A DNA stretch of 64,000 bases from Promethearchaeota archaeon Loki_b32 (GCA_005223125.1 NJBH01000011.1:43570-107569), one strand, 5' to 3'; positions 1-10,911 are shown, numbered from the stretch's first letter. Notes: generated by a model from the sequence alone, not told the origin. A program made the numbers and translations.

Positions 1-561
1 ATAGATTTTTAATATTTTAATTCAGAAATATTTATTTCAAATCTAAATTACAACACTTTTGGTTTAAATATTAAGAAATTTACCAATAATATTGATTCTC
101 TCCTTAATGTGATATAAAAATAATTTTTGAAAAAATAGAAATTGAATTTTATGATAAGATAGAACTAAAATTTATAATCCATATAAAGAAAATTAGAAAA
201 GGCATTTTAACGAGTAAAGAACACTAAAATTAAAGATTTGAAAAAATGAACTAGCAATCCGTGGGAGATATATACTGTTCATTATAATATGGATTTCCCA
301 AAGGAAGAATTTGTCTTAGAAAACATACCCCTCAGATATTGGGTTAATATTATCTAAGTGTTGGTGATAAACTTAGTTCCCAATATAGGCATTTTTTGAC
401 AGGTGATGATTAAAATGCAAAATTTCTAGTCATTTACATTACTCACAAAAAACCACCCCTCAAAATTTATGAGTAGACGCTTTCTTTTCATCAATTATTT
501 TTTGAGGAAAATGCATAAAAAGGGTAGTCCTCATTTTATGTTAATTAGGTAAATAAAAGAA

Positions 562-1798
562 GTGATCAAAGCATTGGCGACATATAAAACACTTCAAGAG
601 AGTGGACTATTCCCTACTATATCACATCTCAATTGCGATATTTGTGGATCTTCTAATATTATAGAAAATCTTGAGGGATATGTGTGCCGGGATTGTGGAA
701 TTGTATTAGGAAATTCAAAAATTACAATACGATAGACCTTATAATGAAGATTTAATCCAATATGCCAAGGGTGTAGGCAAAACACAGATAGGAACGAGGC
801 GAGAAAGAATAATCTCGCCTCTTTCTATCAAATTACAAAGAATAAACAAATACAATTCTATAACCACCAGTGAACGAGCAGTAATTGAGGGAGCCCGTAT
901 TGAAGTAGCGAGGATCTTTAATTATTTAGGTTTAGATGGATATGATGCTTTAAAAGAAATGGTTCTAGATAAGTTCAAAAAAATTAGAGCGAAATTTAGA
1001 CAGGGTTCAAAATATAAAAACATAGAAAAGCTAGTTTCAATTACGATTTATTTCTGTCTTAAGCTTAGGAATGTATCTATTAATCCATACGAATTGATTG
1101 AAATTTCTAAAATTTCAAAAAAAGAGTTCAATGATTTCATTTTGCAGCTTCAAAAGTTCTTACCAGAATATGGTGAACGTAATAGACAGGAATATATTTC
1201 CCAGAGAATTCTCGAAATTTCTGAACATTTTGATTTAGGAATGCCATTTTACTTTCTTTCGAAGAAGATTTTGTATAGGTTATGGCAAGGAATTAAAAAT
1301 ACAACTGATAATGTAGTTGCTGGATTAATAAGTTCAATCTCTATTTTATGTTCGTATAAAGAAAAGGTAAGTGTAAGTTCCATTTGTAATCGTTTAGGTA
1401 TTAGAATGAGTACTGTCTAGGCACAGGTTAAGAAAAAGATTTTTCAGAGGTTTAAAGTTGTGGGATTTGTAAGTTTAATAAAATCGTCCGATTTCTTAGT
1501 GAAAATAATAAATAAATTAGGGATTTTAGAAGAACCAGGATTAAGAGATTAGGAAGATGGAGGAGAAATCATTCTCGGAAATGCTTCGAAAATATTTAAT
1601 ATTCATAATGATTTAGATTACTATTATTTTGCACTACCAGGAAAAGAAAAATACCCTATATTTCTTTTTCTTAAGGTTTATGATTCTCCGTTAGATTTTA
1701 ATTATGAAAGACGTCCTAAAATTAAAGGTGATTCATTACTCGATTTTGAATTATATAAGTATTATACATCTAAAGACCCTCCTTTATTAGGGATTTAA
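562..1798 (+). pseudogene. TFIIB/TFB-family protein, disrupted by one +1 frameshift (~709-721) and in-frame TAG at 1418 and 1550
   Basis: Frame 1 encodes a Zn ribbon CDICGS...YVCRDCGIVL; frame 2 continues LQYDRPY...ARIEVARIF...cyclin-like region (ORF 959..1420); the frame stays open past both TAGs to TAA at 1796-1798. Confidence 0.75.
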
Positions 1799-1918
1799 CT
1801 TTTCCTTAGTGTTTTACTATAAACTATAAACTCTAATTTTTCACTTTTTTTTTTATTTCCTTTTCTATAAATTTGAGTTAATGCATTATTCTTTTTTTAT
1901 TTAAATTTACATGTTCTA

Positions 1919-2614
1919 ATGGAAAACATCCATATCCGTACAAGAAAAGATGAAGATGTAAAGAAATATCTCAAACCAATGTATATTTACAAAATTGGAG
2001 TCGATCTAACAAGTTTAATGGAAGACGTTTATAAGTTAATAACTATGGTTCTCGAAGAACGATTACACTATCTTTCTCAGTTAAACTTTTTAGAAACTAA
2101 AGGAGAACATTTACATACTAATATCATACGAAAAGATTTACTCAAATTAAATACAGAGTTAGTAAGGCTATTACAGAGTAATGGGGATAAAACCGGAGTA
2201 TATAGTGCCCTCTCTATCAATGCTCAAGCATTAATCCTTTACCACATGCTAGAATTAGTAGAGCAACAAGGTTTAGATGTTTTATTAGATTATTTTATAA
2301 AACTTAGCAAGGATGCAAAAAAGAAAAATAGCTCAAAAGCTGCCAAGATATTAGCTTCTGATGGACGATTGCAAAGAATTTATTTAGAATTAAAAAAAAA
2401 TGTTGAATTTTCTCCTGAAAACCTTATTCATCCGAAGTATCATGTATTAGTTAAGATAATTTCAGAACAATTACAGAATAATCCCTCCTCTCGGATTTTA
2501 GTATGTGTAAAATTAAGAAATTCAGTAAAAAATATCGTAAATAGACTAAAAGAAATAAAAACGATAAAACCAAAACGTTTTGTAGGTCAAGCAACAAAAT
2601 TTTTACATATCTGA
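1919..2614 (+). pseudogene. Internal fragment of Hef/FANCM (ERCC4-like) SF2 helicase
   Basis: HPK...RILVCVKLRNSV...RFVGQA matches the Hef helicase insertion and second RecA domain start; lacks the N-terminal Walker/DEAH region and everything after RFVGQAT. Confidence 0.75.
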
Positions 2615-2786
2615 AAAATAATCCTTTTTTGATTGCTTCTTTTTGGATCTCACGTAGTTGAAATATTTTTCCTTCAAAAAGTACACGTAGAATACGCTTA
2701 TCATTAATAAATTTAAAAATATCTCTGTTTGTGGAACATTCTATTTTTTCTTTCTCAAGTTTATCAGAAAAATCTCCTAGAGTTAT
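2610..2786 (-). pseudogene. N-terminal stub of a Ski2/Hel308-like SF2 helicase
   Basis: Minus strand reads TLGDFSDKLEKE...IFQLREIQKEAIKKGLFFR (Q-motif-like) after an AGGTGA RBS; truncated at the junction with the Hef fragment. Confidence 0.55.
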
Positions 2787-3195
2787 TATATATCACCTAT
2801 TAGTATGGATTTGTCCATTTTTTCATAATTTCTGAAAACGTCTCTGAATCTCTCGATATCTCTATACTTTTAATGACTCCTATATTTCTAACTTTTAACT
2901 CTAAATTAATATAACAGATTAAACTATGAAGAGGTTCTCCATGTAAATGAATATGAGGGAAATATATATTCGGATTCCCTTGTTTTAAGATATAATATTC
3001 AATTCCAAGCTCAATTTCTTTATTACATAGCGGACATATAACCTTTTGTGCCTGTCGTTTAACTTTTCTGAGATCCTTAATTCTACCAAAAACGATAACG
3101 ATTGTATATCACTTTCTATTTTTTATGAATACAACAAATATCAAGGAAATTTAAAGGAAAAAAATATGAAAATATTCTTATTTTTAAGAAAAGGT

Positions 3196-3311
3196 CACTC
3201 CCGCCCCATTAACGCAAGTATGCGTCGAAAATATTTTAGGAGGAGGGCGAAATCAGAGTGTAGAAAACTACACTACCAAAAGACAAAAATCCAGGGTATA
3301 GGGTGGGAGTG
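3196..3311. ncRNA. Candidate structured RNA or GC-rich multi-stem element
   Basis: Closing stem CACTCCCGCCC/GGGTGGGAGTG plus hairpins ACGCA-agta-TGCGT (3212-3225) and AGTGTAG-aaaa-CTACACT (3257-3274) in an AT-rich spacer. Confidence 0.35.
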
Positions 3312-3469
3312 GAATTTATTTTAAATTCATATTGAATATTCTTGAAAATTCTTGCCATTACATGTATAATGAACTCAATTTAACATTTATATATGTTGTT
3401 TATAATTAGAAAATTCCAAGACTCTATTTTTTTCTTTATAAATACTAAGTTTAATCTTCATCAATACAC

Positions 3470-6400
3470 ATGACGGAACAAAATCTTCTAGAAAAGAAAC
3501 AAAATCACAAAGATGAAAAATCTGATACCATCAATTCTAGTGTATCTGAAAAATTACTTACTCCTAGTATTGTTAAAGAAGGATTTACAGTGATCAAAGG
3601 AATTGGACCTTCTGTGGCGAAAAAGTTGACTGAAGCTAAAATCGATTCAATAGAAAAGTTAGCACATCTCTCACCAAACACACTTACATCTTCAATTAAT
3701 GGTATTGGTGTAGCGTCAGCTCAGAAGATCATAAATGGCGCAAAGGGGCATTTATCTTTAAAAAAATTAAATGATTTTTCACCATCGACTGAAGATGATG
3801 ATAATAACGAAATAGAGAGTTCTAAACTCGAAGTTTATAAAGAAACTAAAGATGATGACATTAATAAAAGCCATTCTAACGATCTGAAAGGACCTCAAGG
3901 AAGATCTAATCGATGGTTCGAAGATAAATTTAAAAAGTTAAAGACAGCAACATGGTACCCTCCGGCTAATTTAGCTCCAGATATAGAGATTATGGCTGAG
4001 GAATTATTAGAAGATGAAGAATTAATAGAGATTAAAGATAGGGAGGAATTGAAACTGACAAGATTGGAGAGTGTTAGAAATTTTCTCGAATCAGATACAG
4101 GTGTACCGTTAATAGAATCAATAAAAAGACCTAGAGTAGATGAAATATCAATACATTTGGATGAACCAGCAGACTTTATAGAAAGTATGAATCATGAACA
4201 AATCAATAATTTAAAAGATAATATAACTACGATTCTTGAATCCGGTGAATTTCACATTATTACAAGGCTTCCTTCATTAAAGCCTGTTTTTATGAGGATT
4301 GACTTATTAGCTTTAAAACTCATCAATGTTGATGATTTCTTAGAATTAATCTGTATTATACCTGTAAAGATTTGTTCTTTAAAGGGACCTCTAATAGTCT
4401 CGGAAGATGACATTAGTTATCATCCACTAGAAGACTATGAAAAAAATATCCACATTGATAATCAATTATTAATTGGATTGAAGATGGTTAACCTAAAGTA
4501 TATTTATCGATCACCTTTTTGTTTGTTTGGGAAATTTCTTGAGAGTCTTAATAATCATAAGATCTCCTATAGCTACACGTTAAAAAATCAACCAATTAAC
4601 TATCATGAGTTCTATAAATTTGGATTAAAACACATTCATGAAAAATTAAAAGACTTTATTTTATTTAGTTCCGAGCATGGAATAAAAAGTGAAGCTGATG
4701 CAGAACAATGGCTTGGATATCGCTCTGGAATGTGGTACAGCACATTAACACTTACCGTTAATTCATACACATTTAAAAAATCTATCAATGATTGTAATTT
4801 CGACCAATTGGAAGAAGATTTATCTAATAAAATTGATACTCTCAGGGGGGCATTTAACTCAAACTTTCAAAATTATGAAATTGAAGATTTAAACTCACAG
4901 GTGTTAATATCGGGATACCTTTTTACTGCCCTGAAAAATAACTATTTTAGGCTAAACGGTTCACATCTTAATTATTTGATGGTTCAAGGAGCAAATCTTT
5001 CACCATTGACAACTATAGCGGATATCCTTAGAAAAGGAATTGATACAATGATAGCTGCTGAATTTAATACCCCATTATATTTAGAGAATTTTATAACCAT
5101 AGGACATACGAGAAATACGGAAGTGTTAGAAAATGAAGTTAACTTTGGATTTACGAGAGAACAGACAAAAAATCTTTTAATTGTGAATGGTACGACAATA
5201 AGTAGGGATTATGCTGCCATGAAGATTGTCTCTGAATTAATAAAAGCTCAAATCCCTTCTTTGGTATTTGATTTTAATGGCACATGGTCAACCTTAATTA
5301 GCTATTTCAAAAATTCAGACTTTCAAAAAGAAATTTTGCATTTTAAATTAGGGAGTGCGTTTACAATAGATCCTTTAGTCTCTGATATAGCATATGATAC
5401 TGATAATACCGGATTCCTAGAATATATGCTTGACGCTTATGGAATGGCTTTTAAAAAGGATCAAAGAATTATTGATATGTTTCGAAATACAATAAAGAAA
5501 AATCCTGGATTGGATCTTCCATCAATGAATTTAGATTTGCAGACTCAAAAAGATTGGGAAAAAAGCCCAATAAATGATTCATTACTGAATCTTTTTTCAG
5601 ATTTCACTCAGCAAGATCTTACTTTTTTTCAAGGATTTCAAGGAGATATTAAAAATAAAATAACCAGTCATGATTTTGTTACCAATAATAAAACTGTTAT
5701 TATCGACCTATCAATTATACGAGATCTTGATAAGAAACTATTCTTTGTATTTCTAATTCTCTCAAAAATAATTCATTATATCAAAAATGATGAGCAATTT
5801 ATCAAAAAAACTATTGTAATTCCAAATATTGATATCTATTTTGATTCTCGCTATTTAGATCTAAAAATGAACTATGGAAAAATCAATTTATTTTTAGATC
5901 CCCTCATTGAACGCGAATTTGGCTTAATTTTTCTCGCAAACCAAATTAGGTATCTCCATCCCAATTTATTTAATTATTTTACTAACATCATGACATTCCG
6001 AGCAACAGATCATCGTGATGTTACAACTTTAGGCAGTTTGTTAAACCTGCAGGAGCTTGAAGGAATTGGGTATTATACACTAACCAGAAATCAGACCTAT
6101 CAGATAAAATATCTAAAAAGCTTGAAGAATAATGAAGTGATTGTAAGAAGAGATGATATCTACCAGCCTTTTCCGGCAATAATTGATTGGGAAGATATTA
6201 AAAAGATAAAAAAACTAACATATGAAGAGATTGTACTATTTATGGAACAACATGGTTATAATTTAAAATATACTGAAAGGAAGATATTAGAACAAGCAAA
6301 AAAAACAATATTTGATATAGATTTAGGACATTATATTTTATATTTAGAAGAAGTGATCAAGTTTTTAGATGAGGTACAGAATTTTGACCAAGTTGGGAAT

Positions 6401-7156
6401 CTTTATGCTTCAAAGCTTAAAAAACAATTAAAAGAAATTGTATATCCTAAAATTTCACAGAAAACCCAAAACAAAGAACGAATAAAGAATATTAGAGATA
6501 GATTGTTTGAGATTTTAATAAAGCATGGATATTTAGTTGAAAACCATCCTAGACGCGCTAGCGGTTCTGAAGCCCTCAGAACTTCGTATTCTGTAGGACT
6601 TCGCTATCAGGAAGCACTCAAGGATTACTATAAGATTAAAGGAAAAGCTTCTGCAAATATTAATGTAGAAGTACTGGAAAAAGGTATTGGAGAGCAAGAT
6701 GACTTAACTCATTTGTTTCAGGAACAACCCTCCCGAAAATATATTATTCAAAAGGAAAACCTAAAGCAAGCCTTGGCTCGTGAGTTTAGTGATCTTAACT
6801 ATGATATTTTCAATATCTATCTATTTATCAAGAAAAATGATTACCAAAATGCATTAAGAATTGAACATGGGTTAATTAATAAATTTCTGATGAATGTCTA
6901 TAAGCATTTTTATAATATTGATATCTCACCAGAACCGGAGAAACTAACCACTTTCTTAACTCATTTAACAAATATTGAAGGATTCCCTTTCACAGACCAT
7001 GAACTTATGGAATATGTCGAGAAATATCAAGTCATTGAGATCGAATCTGAAAGCATAGAAGCACGAGTCGAACAAGTATATCATCAAATTTATAATTTCT
7101 TTATTAAAATACAGAATTATATCTATGAAAATGATGAAAAAAATGGAAGATTCTAA
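3470..7156 (+). CDS. Large protein: N-terminal helix-hairpin-helix domain plus degenerate HerA/VirB4-like ATPase fold and wHTH-like C-terminal region
   Basis: IKGIGPSVAKKL...NGIGVASAQKII (HhH); LVFDFNGTW, KTVIIDLS, REFGLIFLANQ, NIMTFR follow HerA/VirB4 motif order, but Walker A/B are degenerate. Confidence 0.6.
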   Translation: MTEQNLLEKKQNHKDEKSDTINSSVSEKLLTPSIVKEGFTVIKGIGPSVAKKLTEAKIDSIEKLAHLSPNTLTSSINGIGVASAQKIINGAKGHLSLKKLNDFSPSTEDDDNNEIESSKLEVYKETKDDDINKSHSNDLKGPQGRSNRWFEDKFKKLKTATWYPPANLAPDIEIMAEELLEDEELIEIKDREELKLTRLESVRNFLESDTGVPLIESIKRPRVDEISIHLDEPADFIESMNHEQINNLKDNITTILESGEFHIITRLPSLKPVFMRIDLLALKLINVDDFLELICIIPVKICSLKGPLIVSEDDISYHPLEDYEKNIHIDNQLLIGLKMVNLKYIYRSPFCLFGKFLESLNNHKISYSYTLKNQPINYHEFYKFGLKHIHEKLKDFILFSSEHGIKSEADAEQWLGYRSGMWYSTLTLTVNSYTFKKSINDCNFDQLEEDLSNKIDTLRGAFNSNFQNYEIEDLNSQVLISGYLFTALKNNYFRLNGSHLNYLMVQGANLSPLTTIADILRKGIDTMIAAEFNTPLYLENFITIGHTRNTEVLENEVNFGFTREQTKNLLIVNGTTISRDYAAMKIVSELIKAQIPSLVFDFNGTWSTLISYFKNSDFQKEILHFKLGSAFTIDPLVSDIAYDTDNTGFLEYMLDAYGMAFKKDQRIIDMFRNTIKKNPGLDLPSMNLDLQTQKDWEKSPINDSLLNLFSDFTQQDLTFFQGFQGDIKNKITSHDFVTNNKTVIIDLSIIRDLDKKLFFVFLILSKIIHYIKNDEQFIKKTIVIPNIDIYFDSRYLDLKMNYGKINLFLDPLIEREFGLIFLANQIRYLHPNLFNYFTNIMTFRATDHRDVTTLGSLLNLQELEGIGYYTLTRNQTYQIKYLKSLKNNEVIVRRDDIYQPFPAIIDWEDIKKIKKLTYEEIVLFMEQHGYNLKYTERKILEQAKKTIFDIDLGHYILYLEEVIKFLDEVQNFDQVGNLYASKLKKQLKEIVYPKISQKTQNKERIKNIRDRLFEILIKHGYLVENHPRRASGSEALRTSYSVGLRYQEALKDYYKIKGKASANINVEVLEKGIGEQDDLTHLFQEQPSRKYIIQKENLKQALAREFSDLNYDIFNIYLFIKKNDYQNALRIEHGLINKFLMNVYKHFYNIDISPEPEKLTTFLTHLTNIEGFPFTDHELMEYVEKYQVIEIESESIEARVEQVYHQIYNFFIKIQNYIYENDEKNGRF

Positions 7157-7520
7157 CATAAATCAGCAAAATCTTAATGAAATACTAGAAAAGTTAGTAT
7201 TTGATGATGGAGATCTTACAAATCTGAAGGTTTCAATTGATAAGATGATTACTGGCCAAATTTCGAGAAGACAATTTCGAGAAACAATCATTGAAAGTAG
7301 ATCAAGAATTATTGAGAGAATAACTGAATTTATTCCTTTTTATCTCAGACAAAAGAAAAAAGATGATGCCCTAAATAAATTCGCAGAACCCGACAATCAT
7401 ATGAATAATTCAGAATTAGAGGAGCAGTTAAACGAGAAGAATAGATTCATTGAAGAAGTGGGAATAAAAATTAGTAATATTTACGAGAAGATGAGACATA
7501 AATTTAAGATCAATGTCTAA
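7125..7520 (+). CDS. Hypothetical protein (helical), probably co-transcribed with the upstream gene
   Basis: 131-aa ORF overlapping the end of the upstream CDS. Confidence 0.6.
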   Translation: MKMMKKMEDSNINQQNLNEILEKLVFDDGDLTNLKVSIDKMITGQISRRQFRETIIESRSRIIERITEFIPFYLRQKKKDDALNKFAEPDNHMNNSELEEQLNEKNRFIEEVGIKISNIYEKMRHKFKINV

Positions 7521-7693
7521 GTTCTTAGTTTTATACTGATAAAGGCTAATTTTTCGAGGCCTTTTTCTTAAATATTTAAAGGAAAAAAAGACTGACTTCT
7601 CTAACCTTTTTTATTTAAATATACTTGCGAATTTTGTAGTTAAATCGTTATTAGACTCTCAAAACAAAGAAAAAACTAAAAAAAGTATATATT

Positions 7694-9631
7694 ATGTTAT
7701 CAGAAGAAATTATTACAACCTCGACAGTATCACTAAACGAATTATTCCCTAATTTTATAAATCAATTCATAAAACCCTTTGAGAACGTTATTGATCCAGA
7801 TATTCATAATGGGATGTATCTTGATTTTGAACTTTGTGATAGGGCTCAAAAACACAAAGTAAATCCTATTCTTCGACTTGCGAGAGTAGATGATGCTGAA
7901 GAACTTGTTGGAATTTATAAGGAATTATATAATGGTACATACCCTTACAAAGAAATGGAAGATCTTGATGAAGTCAGAAAAATGATTCGAGATCCTTCTA
8001 TACAATGGATAATTTACCAAGATCCTTCGTTGAATATAGCAGGTTTTATTACATTTGTGTTAGATTTTGATAATAAAAGGGGGTATATTCGAGGGTTTAT
8101 GCTCAAAAAAAAATATCAGGGGCATGTTGATATCACAAAAGCGATGATCGGTTCTATGATCGGGATGATTCATAAGTTTAAAGATGATATTTATGTGTGG
8201 TATGTAGAAAATCGAACTGCTCATTCAAAATCACAGTATTCAATGTACGTCTGTGGAATCGCTCCAATTGGTTTTTATCCAAATAAAGATGTGTTTTTAG
8301 GTAAAGTAGAGTCTGACTTGATGCAAATTTGTTATGATGTACGAGTATTGAAAAATCTTCGTGCAACCTCAACTCCAACAATAATATCTCAAGTTGAAGA
8401 TTGTTATTTATATTCCGATGCGAGATATAACTTAGGTAATTATGAAATCCAAGTACCAGGAATTATTTTAGATCATAAAAAAATTTCTCATCTTAAGAAA
8501 AATATAAAGAAGAGCGTTAAGAAAGATAAATTTGGATATGAGACAATTACGTTTACCATTCCTGAGTCAGATTCATTTTTTGAGTTTCTTTATACTCCTC
8601 AAGTACAAAACTTTGAGAAGTCCAAGTATCATGTCAATAATCTCGAAGAATTATATGTGTTTATTAAAGAATTTATGAAGACTGGTAAGAGATTAGGAAT
8701 TCGCTATTGCGAAGCATTTATTTCTGCTTACGAACCTGCTCATCAAAATATATTTTATAATGCGGGACTAGCTCCAAGAGGATATATCCCAAGTTGGATT
8801 TATAATAAAAGTACAGGTGTTTTTGAAGACCAAATTTTATTTAATTGGTTTGATGGTAAGATAAGTGAAAGTATTCAGCTTATTGATGAGGGTTTAGAAC
8901 TTTTGGATGTATTGAACTTAGATAATATAGAACCCGTTAGGAATGTTCTTGAAGAGAGAGAGTTCCTAGATAAATTTCCCTTATTTTATTCGTTTAAAGA
9001 GAAGATCTCTAATGTATGGAATTATCCTAAAACCATAAAAATATCATTAATGACAGGGCTAATGATATACCTTGCGATGCTTATAGGAAGTATAGTAGTT
9101 GCAGATTTCTTTGGATTTAATATCGTATCTCATACGATAAGTAAACTTGGTACTATCTATTCAACTCCTGTGCCAATGATGTTCGATAGTGCTTGTGTGT
9201 TAGGCGGACTTACTACAATGTTGCTATATTGCTATTTATCTATGAAAATTCGGCTTTCTACTGAGAATATAAAAGAAGGGTGGTTCTTTCTTAGGGCATC
9301 TCGATATGCAACAATTATTGGGGTTATTGGTAGTATTGGAATAATGCTTGTTGGGATATTTAGCTTAGATCGTAAAGGTCCACATGGAATTTATCATAGC
9401 TTTTCCACAATAATCGCTTTTGGAGGGTTTGCAATCGCATTACTTACATTCGGAGTAATAATTTTCCGGCGATATACCAAGATGCTTAAGTTACTAGGAT
9501 TAAACGGGATTATACCTCTCGCTATGTTCATTTTTAACTGTTTGCTTCCCTCTCCGGTGTTAGAGTGGATATTACTATTTTCCATTCTAACAACATTAAT
9601 TCCCTTGTTTTGTTGGGTATCTTTTTGGTAA
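7694..9631 (+). CDS. GNAT-family N-acetyltransferase fused to a C-terminal DUF998-like membrane domain
   Basis: LRLARVDDAEELVGIY...YIRGFMLKKKYQG GNAT pattern; ~5 TM C-terminus with HTISKLG and GIFS...YH. Confidence 0.65.
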   Translation: MLSEEIITTSTVSLNELFPNFINQFIKPFENVIDPDIHNGMYLDFELCDRAQKHKVNPILRLARVDDAEELVGIYKELYNGTYPYKEMEDLDEVRKMIRDPSIQWIIYQDPSLNIAGFITFVLDFDNKRGYIRGFMLKKKYQGHVDITKAMIGSMIGMIHKFKDDIYVWYVENRTAHSKSQYSMYVCGIAPIGFYPNKDVFLGKVESDLMQICYDVRVLKNLRATSTPTIISQVEDCYLYSDARYNLGNYEIQVPGIILDHKKISHLKKNIKKSVKKDKFGYETITFTIPESDSFFEFLYTPQVQNFEKSKYHVNNLEELYVFIKEFMKTGKRLGIRYCEAFISAYEPAHQNIFYNAGLAPRGYIPSWIYNKSTGVFEDQILFNWFDGKISESIQLIDEGLELLDVLNLDNIEPVRNVLEEREFLDKFPLFYSFKEKISNVWNYPKTIKISLMTGLMIYLAMLIGSIVVADFFGFNIVSHTISKLGTIYSTPVPMMFDSACVLGGLTTMLLYCYLSMKIRLSTENIKEGWFFLRASRYATIIGVIGSIGIMLVGIFSLDRKGPHGIYHSFSTIIAFGGFAIALLTFGVIIFRRYTKMLKLLGLNGIIPLAMFIFNCLLPSPVLEWILLFSILTTLIPLFCWVSFW

Positions 9632-9640
9632 TAAGAATAG

Positions 9641-9805
9641 TTAAACATCAATACATAAATCTTTCGAGATTAGAAGCAATGCGATCTTATTAGAGATCGA
9701 TCTTTTAATTTGACTTTTTTTAAGTTTAATCATTTGATAAATCTCATCTCGAGAGAGACCAGTATCCTTAATTATTATTAAAATGGAATCCTTAAATTTC
9801 ATCAT
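9641..9805 (-). CDS. Small DUF2240-like protein (54 aa), absent from the ORF track
   Basis: MMKFKDSILIIIKDTGLSRDEIYQMIKLKKSQIKRSISNKIALLLISKDLCIDV resembles the TGLSxxEI...ISxxxAxxxIAKxLGID helical domain. Confidence 0.55.
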   Translation of the reverse strand: MMKFKDSILIIIKDTGLSRDEIYQMIKLKKSQIKRSISNKIALLLISKDLCIDV

Positions 9806-10015
9806 TACATTGAGATAGCAATAAATCTAAATTTTGTCGTGTGTTTCATACCAACATTTATTTATTTAACAATGGATACTGTTTTGATTTATTAAATTTT
9901 ATGTATAAAATTATTTATATCTACTATTCGCTTGTATTACCCTAAATATAATTAATTATTTAGTAGATATGCAAAAAGAAAGGTTTCTTTCAAAATAACA
10001 TTTTATAGAATTCCC

Positions 10016-10834
10016 TTAGTTCTTTCTTTTGTATAAACCAAAGAAGATTATTAAAAAAACAAAAATGTCTACTAATTCAGCTAATATGATATACATTGCA
10101 ACTTCACCTAAAATAAGTTGTATTATTGGTCTAAGAATGTTTGAGAGTAAATATAAAAAAAAACCAATTGCTAAAATTCCTGGCTTGACGACCTTAAGAC
10201 GCTTTAATCTGTATGCTAAGAAAAAAATATATACAATTCCTATCAATGAGGGAATAACAATTCCAGGTAGAATCCTACCTATAATTGTAGTATTTGGAGC
10301 TATAATAACTACAAATGATTCAATACAAACAATAATTAGTATTATTACCATTCGCAATTTATTCATATATTCTGTATTTTTTAATATTTGAAACCTATCT
10401 TCCAAATTGAAAAAGATAATTTCAAGACCAAGGAAAATTAAAGGGGCTACTTCGAATATAATAATAAAAAATCTGAATTTTAAAAATATTAAAACAACAT
10501 CGTCATTAAAAGTAAAAAAGGTAAGATCCCAAAGTAAATCAATTGCCTTTCCAAAAATTAGAATAAGGAAGAACAATCCTAATAAGAAGGGGATATCTGA
10601 CAAATATTGAGCTTCTTGTTTAAACCATTTATGAAATAAATAAAAAACTGTTATAGATAAGATCAAAATTCTAATGGATATTACCAATAGGACTTCAAAT
10701 GCGCCTTCATAGGCTTGAAAGGCTTGGATAATAAGTGACCAATTAATAAAATATAAAACAATAACCCCAATAATCGCTAAAATAAAGCATGTGAGTAATA
10801 TTAATTTATAACGTTCCTTTTTTGATAATTCCAT
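10016..10834 (-). CDS. Multi-pass membrane protein
   Basis: 272 aa with ~7-8 hydrophobic segments. Confidence 0.7.
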   Translation of the reverse strand: MELSKKERYKLILLTCFILAIIGVIVLYFINWSLIIQAFQAYEGAFEVLLVISIRILILSITVFYLFHKWFKQEAQYLSDIPFLLGLFFLILIFGKAIDLLWDLTFFTFNDDVVLIFLKFRFFIIIFEVAPLIFLGLEIIFFNLEDRFQILKNTEYMNKLRMVIILIIVCIESFVVIIAPNTTIIGRILPGIVIPSLIGIVYIFFLAYRLKRLKVVKPGILAIGFFLYLLSNILRPIIQLILGEVAMYIILAELVDIFVFLIIFFGLYKRKN

Positions 10835-10911
10835 ATTTATTGATTTAGATTGCTCCTTTTAAATTGAACTAAAAAAAAAAAGTAAATTAAAAAAGAAAAA
10901 AAAACAGTATT

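Noticed and set aside
250-360. Short coding-like remnant
   Set aside because: Too short to assign, with no recognisable motif.
700-728. Possible 10-nt BHL intron fixing the TFB frameshift (ATTGTA/TACAAT stem)
   Set aside because: Very short, with an A-A mismatch and no inner helix; removing a single G gives a more natural VLEIQKLQY sequence.
3046-3324. 92-aa ORF
   Set aside because: TTG start, no recognisable motifs, and it overlaps the structured element; probably spurious.
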